This document shows, in pieces, positions 7,895-18,033 of a DNA stretch of 64,000 nucleotides. A program made the translations under genes and the position numbers. This stretch comes from a virus. Below the pieces are notes generated by a model, which was not told where the DNA came from, did not search any database, and saw only the letters and a list, made by a program, of their open reading frames with translations. The stretch lies in the IMG/VR virus record IMGVR_UViG_3300031566_000016, positions 1 through 64,000 of that record. The stretch is one strand, 5' to 3'. Every line of letters starts with the position of its first letter. The first letter of the stretch is position 1.

Positions 7895-8860
7895 TCATGC
7901 CACCTCCGTCAGGAAATCTGCCCACTGTCCCGCGATCACGTCCAGGCGGTACGCTCCCGCCGCCTTCTTCCCCGCCTTCCCCATGTCCTTCCGCTTCGTG
8001 GCGTTCCCCATCAGTTCGTCCAGCGCCACCTCCCACTCTTCCGGCCCGTAGCACAGCCGCCCCGTCACCCCGTCCTCGATGGCCGCCCGGTAGCTGGGCA
8101 CATCGCTCACCACTACCGCCAGCCCCGCGGCCATCATGTTGACCGCCTTGTTGGCGCACTTGCACCAGCACCACTCGTTCTGGAACAGCGGTGCGATGCC
8201 GAGGTCGCACGTCGCCATGACCTCCAGTGCGCCCTCCACGCTCCACTCGTGGAACTCGGTCGGGTACGGCTTCGTGGCGACCCGCTTCTCGTTGCTCTTC
8301 ACGCACCCATCCCCGTGGTCCAGGTTCGACTTGCGCGAGGTGCAGAAGTGGACGGTGAACTCGTGGCGCTTCGCCAGCGCCTCCAGCACCGGGTCCAGGT
8401 CGCGAAAATATGTGATATTGTCGTGCATCCCCATCCAGAACAGGTGCAGGCCCTCGTGCTTCCTCGGCTTCACCGACCAGTACTGCGGCCCGACCGCCTG
8501 CTCGATCATGCGCACCGTCGGGTGCAGGCGTTCCAGGTGCTGCCCGAGGCGCGGCGACCCGGCGACGATGGCCGAGACGCGCGCCATGCCGGCGATGATC
8601 GTCTCCTTGGGCCCCGGCCAGGCGTCCGCGAAGGTCATGTCGTTGCAGTCGTAGACCACGACCGGCGCGGCCGCCAGGGCCTCCTCCAGCGCCCGCATGT
8701 TGTACTGCACCACGATGATGTCGGCGCGCTCCTTGCCGTCCCACTTGTCGGCGTCCCAGCCCTGGCGCCGCAGTTCCTCGTAGACGCGCATCCCGCGTTC
8801 CCTCGTTGTGGGCTCGCCCTCATCCTGAAACAGTCGCCAACGCACCTTCGGATTGCTCAT
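7895..8860 (-). CDS. glycosyltransferase, GT-B fold (GT4-like)
   Basis: VYDCND, DLGIAPL, KCANKAVNMMAAGLAVVVSDVPSY, IEDGVTG. Confidence 0.85.
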   Translation of the reverse strand: MSNPKVRWRLFQDEGEPTTRERGMRVYEELRRQGWDADKWDGKERADIIVVQYNMRALEEALAAAPVVVYDCNDMTFADAWPGPKETIIAGMARVSAIVAGSPRLGQHLERLHPTVRMIEQAVGPQYWSVKPRKHEGLHLFWMGMHDNITYFRDLDPVLEALAKRHEFTVHFCTSRKSNLDHGDGCVKSNEKRVATKPYPTEFHEWSVEGALEVMATCDLGIAPLFQNEWCWCKCANKAVNMMAAGLAVVVSDVPSYRAAIEDGVTGRLCYGPEEWEVALDELMGNATKRKDMGKAGKKAAGAYRLDVIAGQWADFLTEVA

Positions 8861-9945
8861 GCCGCGCCACCCTTCTGTCGTGCGATGATCTCCCGCGCCC
8901 GCTGCGTGAACTGCGCCGGCGCAATGTAGTACGCCAGCAGCGCCTCGATGTTCCGCTGCGGCGTCAGGCCCGCCAGCCGGAAACTCGGCTGCCCCAGGAA
9001 CGTCACCGGCACCCCGTGCATCCACGCCTCGATGCCCACCTGCGAGTTGATGGTCGCTACGTGGTCCACTTGCTCGAGCAGCGGATGCACCGCGAAGTCC
9101 ACCAGCCTGAAGTCCAGCGCCGCGCATTTCGCTTCCAACGCTGCGGGGCTCGTGAACCAGTCCGCCGGGTGCTTCTTGACGATGATCTGCTCATCGGCCT
9201 TGCGATGGATGTCCACCCAGTCCAGCAGCCCGTCGTTCGTGCAGATCGCGCCCGCCCGGAAGACCATGTTGGTGTCATAGGGCATCTGCAGCGGCACGAA
9301 GGTCGTGCGCCGGCCCTTAAGCGCCTGCCGCACCTGCCCTGGTGTCGTCAGCCGCTGCGGCTCGATGGCCTGGCTGGTCGCCAACGATAGCCAGTTCCGG
9401 TAGTCCTCATCACCCACAGTCATGCCCGCGTACAGCTCCAGGTCGCTGTGTCCCTCCGCCAGCCCCGTGCCGTCCACGATCAACATGCCGGGAAAGCTCG
9501 CCCGCTCCACGTAGATGATCGGAATGCCCCGTTCCCGCGCCCAACCCTTCGCGACCTCGTTGTACCAGCACCACTGGCTCCACAGCACCAGGGCATCATA
9601 GTGTTGTTGCTCCCATGCGCTCAGGGCCTGCCGCAGTGCCGACACCATCTCCAGCAGCGCCGGGGCGTACCACAGGAACTTTTCATTGAGCGGGAGGGCC
9701 AGCGCCCCGCAGGCCCGCTCGTATGACAGCGCGAGGATGTCCGGCAGCACCTCGCCCTGCGGTGTCGCCTCCACCCAGCGGTCGCGCAGGGCCAAGTGGT
9801 GCGCGCGTTTCGTCCAGTCATACAGCTCGCCCACCGCATCCTCGCGCACGGTCACGCAGTCCCAGGTCATGCCGGGGTTGCAGCGGGCGATCTGCCGGAA
9901 GCGCACCGCGGCGTTGCTATCAGCGGCGATGGCGAGTAGTCTCAT
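8857..9945 (-). CDS. KpsS/LipB-like capsule polysaccharide biosynthesis protein (beta-Kdo transferase-like)
   Basis: IYVERASFP, FVPLQMPYDTN, IVKKHP, VATINSQVGIEAWMHGVPVTFLG. Confidence 0.75.
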   Translation of the reverse strand: MRLLAIAADSNAAVRFRQIARCNPGMTWDCVTVREDAVGELYDWTKRAHHLALRDRWVEATPQGEVLPDILALSYERACGALALPLNEKFLWYAPALLEMVSALRQALSAWEQQHYDALVLWSQWCWYNEVAKGWARERGIPIIYVERASFPGMLIVDGTGLAEGHSDLELYAGMTVGDEDYRNWLSLATSQAIEPQRLTTPGQVRQALKGRRTTFVPLQMPYDTNMVFRAGAICTNDGLLDWVDIHRKADEQIIVKKHPADWFTSPAALEAKCAALDFRLVDFAVHPLLEQVDHVATINSQVGIEAWMHGVPVTFLGQPSFRLAGLTPQRNIEALLAYYIAPAQFTQRAREIIARQKGGAA

Positions 9946-10712
9946 GCGAATGCTTCCTCCAGGGTCAGTTGCGCTTCGGTGGCCTCGCGCTTCTTCACGG
10001 CTTCCTCCACGCGGCGGCAGGCGATGTCGAAATACTCCTCGCTGATCTCGATGCCGATACCGCGCCTGCCGAGGAGTTCGGCGGCTACGAGGGTCGTGCC
10101 GCTGCCCATGAACGGGTCAAAGACCGTCTCATCTTCATACGTCACTGCTGACACGAGCAGAGAGAGCAGTTCCACGGGCTTCTCTGTTGGGTGGAGGTCC
10201 GTTCCCTGTCGAGTGACGTTGAGCACGTTGCCCAAGTCGCGCCGCACCATCGGCCTGCTCTTTCCATAGGTGAAGTGCAGAATGAGTTCGTGCTGGTTGC
10301 GGAAGTAGTTGCCCATGCCGAAGTGCTGCTTGTCCCACACCACGAGGCCCACTTGCCGCAGGTCCGCGCTCTCAATCGCCGCTGACAGTTGCGGGTACAT
10401 GCGCCAGTCAATGAAGCTCAGGAAGTGCGCCCCCTTGCTCATGGTGCGCTTCGTCAATAGGGCGAGTGACCGCATAAGCCAGACGAACCCCGTTGTAGTC
10501 AGGCAGTCGGATGCAAACCATGCGCTGTCTGCGGTCTCGCGGTTCATGGACTTGCGGACACCCTTCGACGCTTCGCGCCGAGTTCCGCTGCTGTACGGCG
10601 GGTCAGTAATCACCGCATCCACGCTGCCCGCCGCCAACGTCGGCAGGTATTCCAGACAGTCGCCGAGGATGAGCCGCTGCCCGCCGATCACCTCCTCCCG
10701 CAGCCCGTTCAT
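9942..10712 (-). CDS. DNA N6-adenine/N4-cytosine methyltransferase
   Basis: ITDPPY, HPTEKP, FDPFMGSGTT, GIGIEI. Confidence 0.92.
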   Translation of the reverse strand: MNGLREEVIGGQRLILGDCLEYLPTLAAGSVDAVITDPPYSSGTRREASKGVRKSMNRETADSAWFASDCLTTTGFVWLMRSLALLTKRTMSKGAHFLSFIDWRMYPQLSAAIESADLRQVGLVVWDKQHFGMGNYFRNQHELILHFTYGKSRPMVRRDLGNVLNVTRQGTDLHPTEKPVELLSLLVSAVTYEDETVFDPFMGSGTTLVAAELLGRRGIGIEISEEYFDIACRRVEEAVKKREATEAQLTLEEAFA

Positions 10713-11965
10713 ATCTGCCGGGCCTCCTCGATGACTCTGTCCCACTCGCGTCTCGTGCAGTCCCCCAGCATCACCCTCCCGCTCTGGTGCAGGAACCCCG
10801 CCCACGACTGCGGCCGCTGCCCCGCCGGGATCATCTCCCACAGCTTCGTCCCCGGGTACGGCGTCAGCAGGCTCAGGCAGATCTCCGCGCCCTCGCCCTT
10901 GAGCCGCCGCGCCCACGCCAGCGTTGCCCGCATCTCCGCCACCGTCTCGCCCGGGAAGCCGAGTATCATGTAGAAGGCGACCGCCGCCACGCCCTTGCCC
11001 TTCAGTAGCGCCAACGCCGCCTCGGGGTCGCCCTCCTCCAGGTGCTTGCCGCTCAACTCCCGCCACCGCGGACTCGCGCTCTCCACACCCATGCACGCCT
11101 TCTCGCAGCCCCCGGCCGCCAACGCCTCCGCCAGTTCCTCGTCCACGTTCTGCAGCGCCATGTCCCCGATCCACTGGTAACCGCTGCCCGCCAGCGCCGC
11201 GCACACTGCGAGGCCATGCGCGCGGTTCACGCCGAAGCTATCGTCAATGATGCGCCCATGGGCGACGCCGAGGGCGTCCACCTCCGCGCGCACCCTCAGC
11301 GGGTCGCGCGTCCGCACTTTCGTCCCGAAGACCGCCGGCGCCGCGCAGTACGCGCAGGCATAGGGACACCCCCGCTGGGTGGCGATCATGCCACGCAGGA
11401 AGTCGGGGTACTTCTCGTGGCCGATCACGGCGTCGCGCGCGGGGAGGTAGCGGTCGAGGTCGTCATGTCCCAGTGAGAATAGCGGGTCTGTTTCCTGCGT
11501 CTCGAACGCGCTGGCTGCAAACTCCCAATCTCCTTCCCCCGCTACCACACAGTCAAAACAGCCCGACTCTGCCTCCTCGTCCGGCATCAGCGACGGGTGT
11601 ATCCCTCCCGCCACCGTCCTGATCCCCCGCCTCTTCGCCATCTTCGCGAATTGGTGCGCCGCCGCCCAGTCCGCCGTCGTGTAGCTGATCCCCACCACAT
11701 CCGGTTGCCACGAGTCGAGCAGGTCCCCGAACGGCGCGCAGATGTCGGCCGTCAGCGGCGCTACGTTCATCTCGCCCAGCACCACCGGCCCGTTGGGCAA
11801 CGGTTCTGGATTGGATACGTCTCCGTGGTAGATCAGGACCTCGTGCCCGCGCTCCTGCAGCATCGCGGCCACGTACATCGCGCCAAGGGGGTACGTCTGA
11901 TAGACCCGGCTACCGAGCAGGCTGGCAAAGTCAGGTTTGGCCAAAAGAACGCGGAGCTGCTTCAC
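10709..11965 (-). CDS. cobalamin-binding radical SAM protein (class B methyltransferase-like)
   Basis: N-terminal B12-binding region (PLGAMYVAA, PDVVGIS, VAGGIHPS, GEGD) plus RGCPYACAYC (CxxxCxxC), GVES, LGFPGET, PYPGT. Confidence 0.9.
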   Translation of the reverse strand: MKQLRVLLAKPDFASLLGSRVYQTYPLGAMYVAAMLQERGHEVLIYHGDVSNPEPLPNGPVVLGEMNVAPLTADICAPFGDLLDSWQPDVVGISYTTADWAAAHQFAKMAKRRGIRTVAGGIHPSLMPDEEAESGCFDCVVAGEGDWEFAASAFETQETDPLFSLGHDDLDRYLPARDAVIGHEKYPDFLRGMIATQRGCPYACAYCAAPAVFGTKVRTRDPLRVRAEVDALGVAHGRIIDDSFGVNRAHGLAVCAALAGSGYQWIGDMALQNVDEELAEALAAGGCEKACMGVESASPRWRELSGKHLEEGDPEAALALLKGKGVAAVAFYMILGFPGETVAEMRATLAWARRLKGEGAEICLSLLTPYPGTKLWEMIPAGQRPQSWAGFLHQSGRVMLGDCTRREWDRVIEEARQI

Positions 11966-12555
11966 GATAGTCCTTTCTTCACGATGTACAGGCTGTTTCC
12001 GTCCGCTGCCTCCGTGGAATGGGTGCGGTACTGAATCTCACAGTTGCTGAAGGACCCCAACTCGTCCCCGCGCGGCTGGTAGAAGCGTATCTGCGAGGCC
12101 CCGCGCCCCGCCATGAGCGCATCCCAGTCCGCCACGCTGTAGTCGCGCCCGTGGTGCCACTCGTTGAGCCCCTGGTGGACCGGCACAGACAGAAGCAGGG
12201 TCCCTCCTGGCGCCGTCAACTCCATGAGCTTGGCCAGTCCCGACTCCATGTCGTCGAGATGTTCCAGCGTCTCCAGGCAGACCACCGTGTCGAATGGGTC
12301 CTGTGCGCTCAGATCCTCGATGCGACTCTCGCGGAAGTGTACCGTCGGCCCGTGCCACTGGTAGGCCTCGCCAGACACGTCTACCGCCCACACCTCGCTG
12401 GCCACCTTTGCCAGCATGGCGCTGCCGTATCCGATCCCGCACCCCGCGTCGAGCACCCGCTTTCCCACGCACCACTTGAGCGCCCACACGTAGCGCACGA
12501 GGTGCTGCTGGATCGTCACGATGGAACTGCTGAAGGTCATCCGCTCGCCGGTCAT
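11962..12555 (-). CDS. class I SAM-dependent methyltransferase (glycan-type)
   Basis: HLVRY, VLDAGCGIGYGS, FDTVVCLETLEH. Confidence 0.9.
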   Translation of the reverse strand: MTGERMTFSSSIVTIQQHLVRYVWALKWCVGKRVLDAGCGIGYGSAMLAKVASEVWAVDVSGEAYQWHGPTVHFRESRIEDLSAQDPFDTVVCLETLEHLDDMESGLAKLMELTAPGGTLLLSVPVHQGLNEWHHGRDYSVADWDALMAGRGASQIRFYQPRGDELGSFSNCEIQYRTHSTEAADGNSLYIVKKGLS

Positions 12556-12776
12556 GATTCACCTCGCCCGGTATGCCACTGATCTCCCACCACGAACCAC
12601 CATAGGCCACAAATCATTGCCAACATGCTGACATCTCCCATGATAACAACTCCCCAAGCCTGCCAGCCATGACCTCTGGCTACATTTACTCCTACCCATA
12701 AGAGAATCATGGCGCAGATGGTGATAACCAGGATGGCCACCAGACTGACAACTCTTTCCGCATTAGGTGTTGCCAT
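12552..12776 (-). CDS. small 2-TM membrane protein, AT-richer
   Basis: Two TM segments, coupled to both neighbours. Confidence 0.5.
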   Translation of the reverse strand: MATPNAERVVSLVAILVITICAMILLWVGVNVARGHGWQAWGVVIMGDVSMLAMICGLWWFVVGDQWHTGRGES

Positions 12777-13345
12777 TATATCCGCGTCACCCTCTCTATT
12801 GGCAATACCCGCCCCACGTCATCCAGGAACTCCTCCACTGTCGGCCAGAAATGGAGGTGCCAGGGATTGCCCTCATCTTTGCCAGCAATCGGTGTCGTCA
12901 GGATGTACCGCGTGTGATCATGGCTGACGCCCAGGAATGCTTGCAGGAGCACGTCCATCTCGCGAATGTGCTCCAACACGTCAAGGCACACGACCACATC
13001 GAACGGCCCTATCCCAGCAGTCCATTCCGGCAGATTGAAGTCCCCCGCCACGAAGGTCACGCCCGGTGTCGGGTACAGCACCCGCGCCCACTGCACCGCA
13101 TAGTCCTGATCCACGGCTACCACCGGCCGCCGACTCTTCAGCGAGTAGATGCGCGCTGGCAGCCCGCACCCGCACCCAGCCTCCAAGACTCGGTCGCCCT
13201 CGTTGATGAGTTCCGCCGCCCGCTGCCAATGGATGAAGTGCGAGTTGACGTTGCTCACCCCACCCGTGAACGCCTCCGGCACCATGCGCTCCCCGTCGGC
13301 CCACTGCTTCATGCCCTCCAGGTACTCTTCCTGTGTCATCATCAT
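12776..13345 (-). CDS. class I SAM-dependent methyltransferase
   Basis: VLEAGCGCG, FDVVVCLDVLEH, NPWH. Confidence 0.88.
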   Translation of the reverse strand: MMMTQEEYLEGMKQWADGERMVPEAFTGGVSNVNSHFIHWQRAAELINEGDRVLEAGCGCGLPARIYSLKSRRPVVAVDQDYAVQWARVLYPTPGVTFVAGDFNLPEWTAGIGPFDVVVCLDVLEHIREMDVLLQAFLGVSHDHTRYILTTPIAGKDEGNPWHLHFWPTVEEFLDDVGRVLPIERVTRI

Positions 13346-14115
13346 CTCCTTTCCCAGATATCCCAACCCGTGTGCGGCTGTTGTTCCGGCTTCCACTCAT
13401 ACCGATACGCCAAGTCCAGGGCGCACGTCACGGCCTCCGGCGCAAAGTTCTTGTTCTCCTGGTGCCCATCAAACTCCGGCCGGGTCCAGTCCAGCCGCGT
13501 GTAGTTCGTCAGGAACAGCCCACCCGAGGGCAACGCCTCCATCATCTTCGGAAAGAGCCATCGGATGCCCGCGACGTGCTCGAAGGCCGTGACCTCGATG
13601 ATGAGTGCGGTGTCGCTCGTCACCTGCAGGGAAGCATCGTCGCCCTGGGCCGCGAGCACGATCTCATGCTTGACGCCCGCCTGCTGTAACTGCCAGGCCG
13701 CGAAGTACAGCGGCAGCGGGTTGATGTCCACCAGCCGCACTGTGGGGCACGTCAGGCGGCTGGCGAAGTACAGCGACGCATCCACCCAGGGCCCACAGCC
13801 AAAGTCCATGATCTCGGCGTCCTCCCGACTCCCACACAGCAGATCCCCGATGCTCTTGGCATAGAGGCCCAGGCGCAGGGCGCTATCCGGGCGCATCCGC
13901 TCCAGCCCGGGGTCCACCATGCTGAGTACGTGTGTCATCTGTAGCCCATAGGAGGCAGTTGCCCGGTCGCCCGCCTCCCACTGGGCGATCAGGGCCTCGG
14001 GGATGCCGAACTCCCGCAACTGCTGGCGCTTGCGGTCGTGGTAATTCGCGCCCCCCAGGTGATTGTTGAAGAACTCCCATCCCGCGGCCTCGTCCCCGAC
14101 GATGACCCGTCTCAT
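13342..14115 (-). CDS. putative SAM-dependent methyltransferase
   Basis: IMDFGCG, LVDIN, AFEHV. Confidence 0.7.
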   Translation of the reverse strand: MRRVIVGDEAAGWEFFNNHLGGANYHDRKRQQLREFGIPEALIAQWEAGDRATASYGLQMTHVLSMVDPGLERMRPDSALRLGLYAKSIGDLLCGSREDAEIMDFGCGPWVDASLYFASRLTCPTVRLVDINPLPLYFAAWQLQQAGVKHEIVLAAQGDDASLQVTSDTALIIEVTAFEHVAGIRWLFPKMMEALPSGGLFLTNYTRLDWTRPEFDGHQENKNFAPEAVTCALDLAYRYEWKPEQQPHTGWDIWERR

Positions 14116-14354
14116 GCGGTCCCCTCCGACACCAGGTGGTTGCCCGGGCCCGGCCCGGTGTCGCCACGCTCTGTCCACCGTTCAACAGTGCCGTCTGCCC
14201 GCAGAAGATCACCGCATTCATCGCAATGACGATTGGTGTCTGTCTTGAAGATTGTTGGGCGAAAAGGCCTCTGCCTGCGCCAATGCCCTCCTACGCCAGG
14301 ATGCTCTGTCCAGACGAAGGGGCGTCTCTTGCAGCTACAAATCATCTCAGCCAT
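14112..14354 (-). CDS. small Zn-ribbon protein
   Basis: ICSC...HCDECG. Confidence 0.45.
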   Translation of the reverse strand: MAEMICSCKRRPFVWTEHPGVGGHWRRQRPFRPTIFKTDTNRHCDECGDLLRADGTVERWTERGDTGPGPGNHLVSEGTA

Positions 14355-16455
14355 CTGCCATCGCACCTCCTGCCATTACTCGGTCCACAATGGCCATCCA
14401 CTGTCGCTGCTCCCGCTCCCACGTCCGCTCCCGCGTCAGCCGCACCCCGTTGCGTGCCAGCTTCTCCCGCAGCGTCGGTTCCTCGAACACGCGCGTCACC
14501 GCCGCCACGATCCCTGCCGTGATCTCCTGCCCCAGCGCCGGCCTCGTCTTCGTGTCCATCCCGCGCGCGATGAACTCCGCGGTCGGGATGTTCGGCACCA
14601 GCAGCAAGTCCTCATCGTCCACCGCCACGTCGCTCACGCCGATCGGCGTCGCCACCAGCGGCGTCCCGCACGCCATGGCCTCCAGATCGGTCAGACTGAA
14701 GCCCTCGATCAGCGACGGCCGCACGAAGCACGAGACGCTGTTAAGCAACCTTCGCAGTTCGTTCGGATCGTAGGTCTTCACGTGCCGCACCTTGCACGGC
14801 CACCTCGGCGCCGTCTGCCCCACCACCACGACCTCCAGGTCTGCATACCGTCGCGCCAACTCCAGCACCGCCGCCTCCGCATAGTCCTGCCCCGTGAACC
14901 ATACCGGGGCGTTTTTGCGAATCATCATCAACGAGTGCGGCCACTTGCGCTCTAGAAACCAGTCGGGGTAGAAGATCAGATTGTCCACCGCGTTGTCAAT
15001 CTGCCCCGCGATCTCCATGCCGTATTCCTCGGCGAAGCCGCGCATGTGGTTGGCGATGATGACATGCTGGTAGCCGGGGGTGCGGAAGTTGGCCTCCACC
15101 GTTTTCGTAGCCTCGATGTCCCACTTCGGCTCGTCGCTCTGGATCAACGCCAGCCGGTGCGAGGCCTTGATCTTCGCCCCGATGGGCAGCGTCGCATGGT
15201 AGTTCGCCACTACCATGTCGTAGGGCGGTTCGATCGTGTTCTGCGTCAGCCGCCGCACGAAACTCCAATCGGTCCATTCGCCCCGCTTCCACTCGTTGAA
15301 CGAGTTCACCGACACTTCCCATCCCGCCTCGTACATCGCGTGCATCATGTGGTAGCACACCTTCACACCACCATGACACCCGAGCGAAGCCATCATCCAC
15401 AGTACCCGTCGCGGCTTCTCAGGCCCGCGTGGAGCGACTTTCAGCACCGAGTAGGGCACAGGGGCCATCGGAAAGGTACTTAGGTTCGCGTGCCCGTAGT
15501 CCGGTATCGCCGCATAGCCTCGCCGGTCCTCCCCATAGTGGCAGCACATCACCTGCGGGTCCAGGTAGAGCTGGTGCCCCAGCGCCGCCGCCTCCGCGCA
15601 AAGATGGTCGTCCTCGCCGCCGCCCCCGTCCACGATCCCCGTCAGTTCCTCCGGCTGCCAGTGTACCTGCTCCAGCATCTCGCGCTTCATCAGCAGACAC
15701 CCGAACCCGGACATGGCGATCTTACGCAACCCCTCGGTCGCGATCTGCTGCGGTCGCAGTAGCGGTTGCCCGAAGCCATCTCGGGCAATCACGCTGTCCG
15801 GCTTGCGGCTCGGCACCACGCCGCTCACCAGAGGCTGCCCATGCGCCGCCATGGCCTCTGCGGCGTCCTCAGGCACCACCACGTCGCAGTCCACCCACAA
15901 GGTGAACTCTCCCCCCACCTTGAGGTCCAGCAGCGCCCTGCGCGTCTCCTCGCGAAGCAGGGCGACGATCCCGCTGTGCCACTGGTTGTCGCGGCTGACG
16001 CTCAGGTCCACCTCGATGCTGCTCAGGGGCCCGTCCCAGTGGCGCGCCACCAGCCGTCGGCTCAGCTTGCTCGGGCCGTTGTAGGTGACGTGGAGCACCT
16101 TGTCGCCCTCCCAACGCAGGCGCCGAAAGGCCACGAGCACCTCGGGCAAGACGTAGGCCTTGGCGTCGGTCACGATGGTTGTGATGATGAGGGGATTGGT
16201 GAGGTCGGCAGGAAGGCTGACCTGCGGAACCCCGGTGCGCACGACGGCTACGATGCTGGGGCCGCTGCCCGGCTTGCCGCCAGGAGTGCGCGGGGGCGAT
16301 GACGATGTCAGCGGTGGCGTCAGCGAGAGCATACGCGGTATGCTCATCTTCGACTCCTTGGTCTCGGGCTGTGGCGGTGGTGCGGCGGGTGTGCCTACGA
16401 CGGACCTGGTGTGGCGGCGCGGCGGGGGCCTGCTACTGCGGCTGTTGCGGCGCAT
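14347..16455 (-). CDS. bifunctional glycosyltransferase (GT-A/GT2-like fused to GT4)
   Basis: WVDCDVVVP, GFGCLLM and GEDDHLC in the N-half; HGGVKV and PSLIEGFSLTDLEAMACGTP in the C-half. Start uncertain. Confidence 0.88.
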   Translation of the reverse strand: MRRNSRSSRPPPRRHTRSVVGTPAAPPPQPETKESKMSIPRMLSLTPPLTSSSPPRTPGGKPGSGPSIVAVVRTGVPQVSLPADLTNPLIITTIVTDAKAYVLPEVLVAFRRLRWEGDKVLHVTYNGPSKLSRRLVARHWDGPLSSIEVDLSVSRDNQWHSGIVALLREETRRALLDLKVGGEFTLWVDCDVVVPEDAAEAMAAHGQPLVSGVVPSRKPDSVIARDGFGQPLLRPQQIATEGLRKIAMSGFGCLLMKREMLEQVHWQPEELTGIVDGGGGEDDHLCAEAAALGHQLYLDPQVMCCHYGEDRRGYAAIPDYGHANLSTFPMAPVPYSVLKVAPRGPEKPRRVLWMMASLGCHGGVKVCYHMMHAMYEAGWEVSVNSFNEWKRGEWTDWSFVRRLTQNTIEPPYDMVVANYHATLPIGAKIKASHRLALIQSDEPKWDIEATKTVEANFRTPGYQHVIIANHMRGFAEEYGMEIAGQIDNAVDNLIFYPDWFLERKWPHSLMMIRKNAPVWFTGQDYAEAAVLELARRYADLEVVVVGQTAPRWPCKVRHVKTYDPNELRRLLNSVSCFVRPSLIEGFSLTDLEAMACGTPLVATPIGVSDVAVDDEDLLLVPNIPTAEFIARGMDTKTRPALGQEITAGIVAAVTRVFEEPTLREKLARNGVRLTRERTWEREQRQWMAIVDRVMAGGAMADG

Positions 16456-16485
16456 GGGGGCAAGGTCTCCTTTTCAGTAGAGCGG

Positions 16486-18027
16486 CTATGAGACGGGCGC
16501 GTCAGTGACAGGTAAGAAGCTTCCGCGAAAGCCATACGGGATGGCGAACATGGGGTTGGTGGCCACGTCCGCCGCGGTGGCAGCGTAGCCAAACAAGAAC
16601 CCTGCCTCGCAGATCGTTCCTTTGTATGGCGTATAACCAAATCCCAGTACGCCCGACCCCACGCCTACATGCAAGTTACCTGTGCCTCCGGTTGGGACAC
16701 CCGTAGTCGGCACGAAGTTGCCAAGTACCAGACCATCCATGTAGCAAGCCCCGCTACCCGCTTCCAGGTCGGCCGACAGAACGAAGCGATGGCCCATTCC
16801 ATCCTCCACGTTGGACAAAAGGTCGAACAATACCTGGAACGATATTTCGTTGGCTGAGAACACTATCCACACAGTCTCAATCGGCGGGTCTCCGTGTGGT
16901 GGGCCTTCCAACAACGACAGGTTGACCAATCTACCGAGGCCATCGGAACCAGTATAGTGCATGATCGTTTCGTTGCCCCACTGCATAGAACCCTTCTTGA
17001 CATCGACGAGAAATGTCATCTTTCGCAGGTCCCAAGGCGCTGGTCCAGGCGGAACATCGCAGTATTGTGCCAATACAGACTCGCCCTGCGGGAATGAGAG
17101 ACCACTTGATGTCCATCCCGATGTCCACCAATTCAACAATGTACCATTCAACGACGGGTCGGAGGCGTTCGCAACCAATGTTGGGTCTGACGTGTCCTCC
17201 GCGCACCAGCTCCAGAACGCCGCGTACTGCGCCAGCGGGTTCCCCGTGTCAATCGGCGTCCACCACGGTGGCCGCGCGCTCCCGATATCCCCCCCGTACC
17301 GCCGGTTGTTCATCCGGTCGAACGTCTTCGGCACTGCCACCGACCGCGCCGCCCCCGGCCACGCCCCCGGCGTCAACTCCAGTTCCACCAGGCCGCCCAA
17401 CCCCTCTGGGTACACCGCCACCACCAGCCCGCCCGACACCAACTCCCCCGCCGTCACCACCGACCCGGGATCCCCTGGCTGAAGTTGCCCCGCCACCGTC
17501 AGCCGCCCCTCCCCCGCCGTCACGACCACGCCGCCATCTGGGACGATCTCCACCGGCGTATGCGAGACCAACTCCGCATCGCCGGCCGCCACGACGGACC
17601 CTGGGCCATCCGGCGCGACCACCACCGGCGTGTGCGACACCAACTCGCCTTCCCCCGCCGTCACCACCACTCCGCCATCCGGCACCACCCGCGTCACCGG
17701 CATCTCGATCACGAACGGCGCCGGCTCAGTCACGCCCTCATCCGTCCAGCCCACCAGCAATAGGTCCGGGCCCGTCCCCTCCAGATACCAGCGCCTCTTC
17801 GCTGGCGCCGTCGCGAGCACCACGCCCGGCGTCGCATTGTTGCCGGGATCCCACTGTACCGCCGTCGCCTCAAAGTTGGTAGGGTTCACGTAGCCGAAGA
17901 AGCCGACATCGGCTACCACCGCGCCTATCGCCGGCCAGTAGCCGAAGGTCTGGTAGTCGCCCTGAACTCCCGACTCGGGAGCCGGGAGTTCTATGACATC
18001 GGTAAGGGCGGTCAGCGTCAGGGCCAT
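16486..18027 (-). CDS. fibre-like structural protein with V/G-rich repeats and C-terminal LamG/ConA-like domain
   Basis: Repeats VVPDGGVVVTAGEGELVSHTP; C-terminus with HRFVLS...YMDG...YKGTICE. Confidence 0.55.
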   Translation of the reverse strand: MALTLTALTDVIELPAPESGVQGDYQTFGYWPAIGAVVADVGFFGYVNPTNFEATAVQWDPGNNATPGVVLATAPAKRRWYLEGTGPDLLLVGWTDEGVTEPAPFVIEMPVTRVVPDGGVVVTAGEGELVSHTPVVVAPDGPGSVVAAGDAELVSHTPVEIVPDGGVVVTAGEGRLTVAGQLQPGDPGSVVTAGELVSGGLVVAVYPEGLGGLVELELTPGAWPGAARSVAVPKTFDRMNNRRYGGDIGSARPPWWTPIDTGNPLAQYAAFWSWCAEDTSDPTLVANASDPSLNGTLLNWWTSGWTSSGLSFPQGESVLAQYCDVPPGPAPWDLRKMTFLVDVKKGSMQWGNETIMHYTGSDGLGRLVNLSLLEGPPHGDPPIETVWIVFSANEISFQVLFDLLSNVEDGMGHRFVLSADLEAGSGACYMDGLVLGNFVPTTGVPTGGTGNLHVGVGSGVLGFGYTPYKGTICEAGFLFGYAATAADVATNPMFAIPYGFRGSFLPVTDAPVS

Positions 18028-18033
18028 GGCGTC

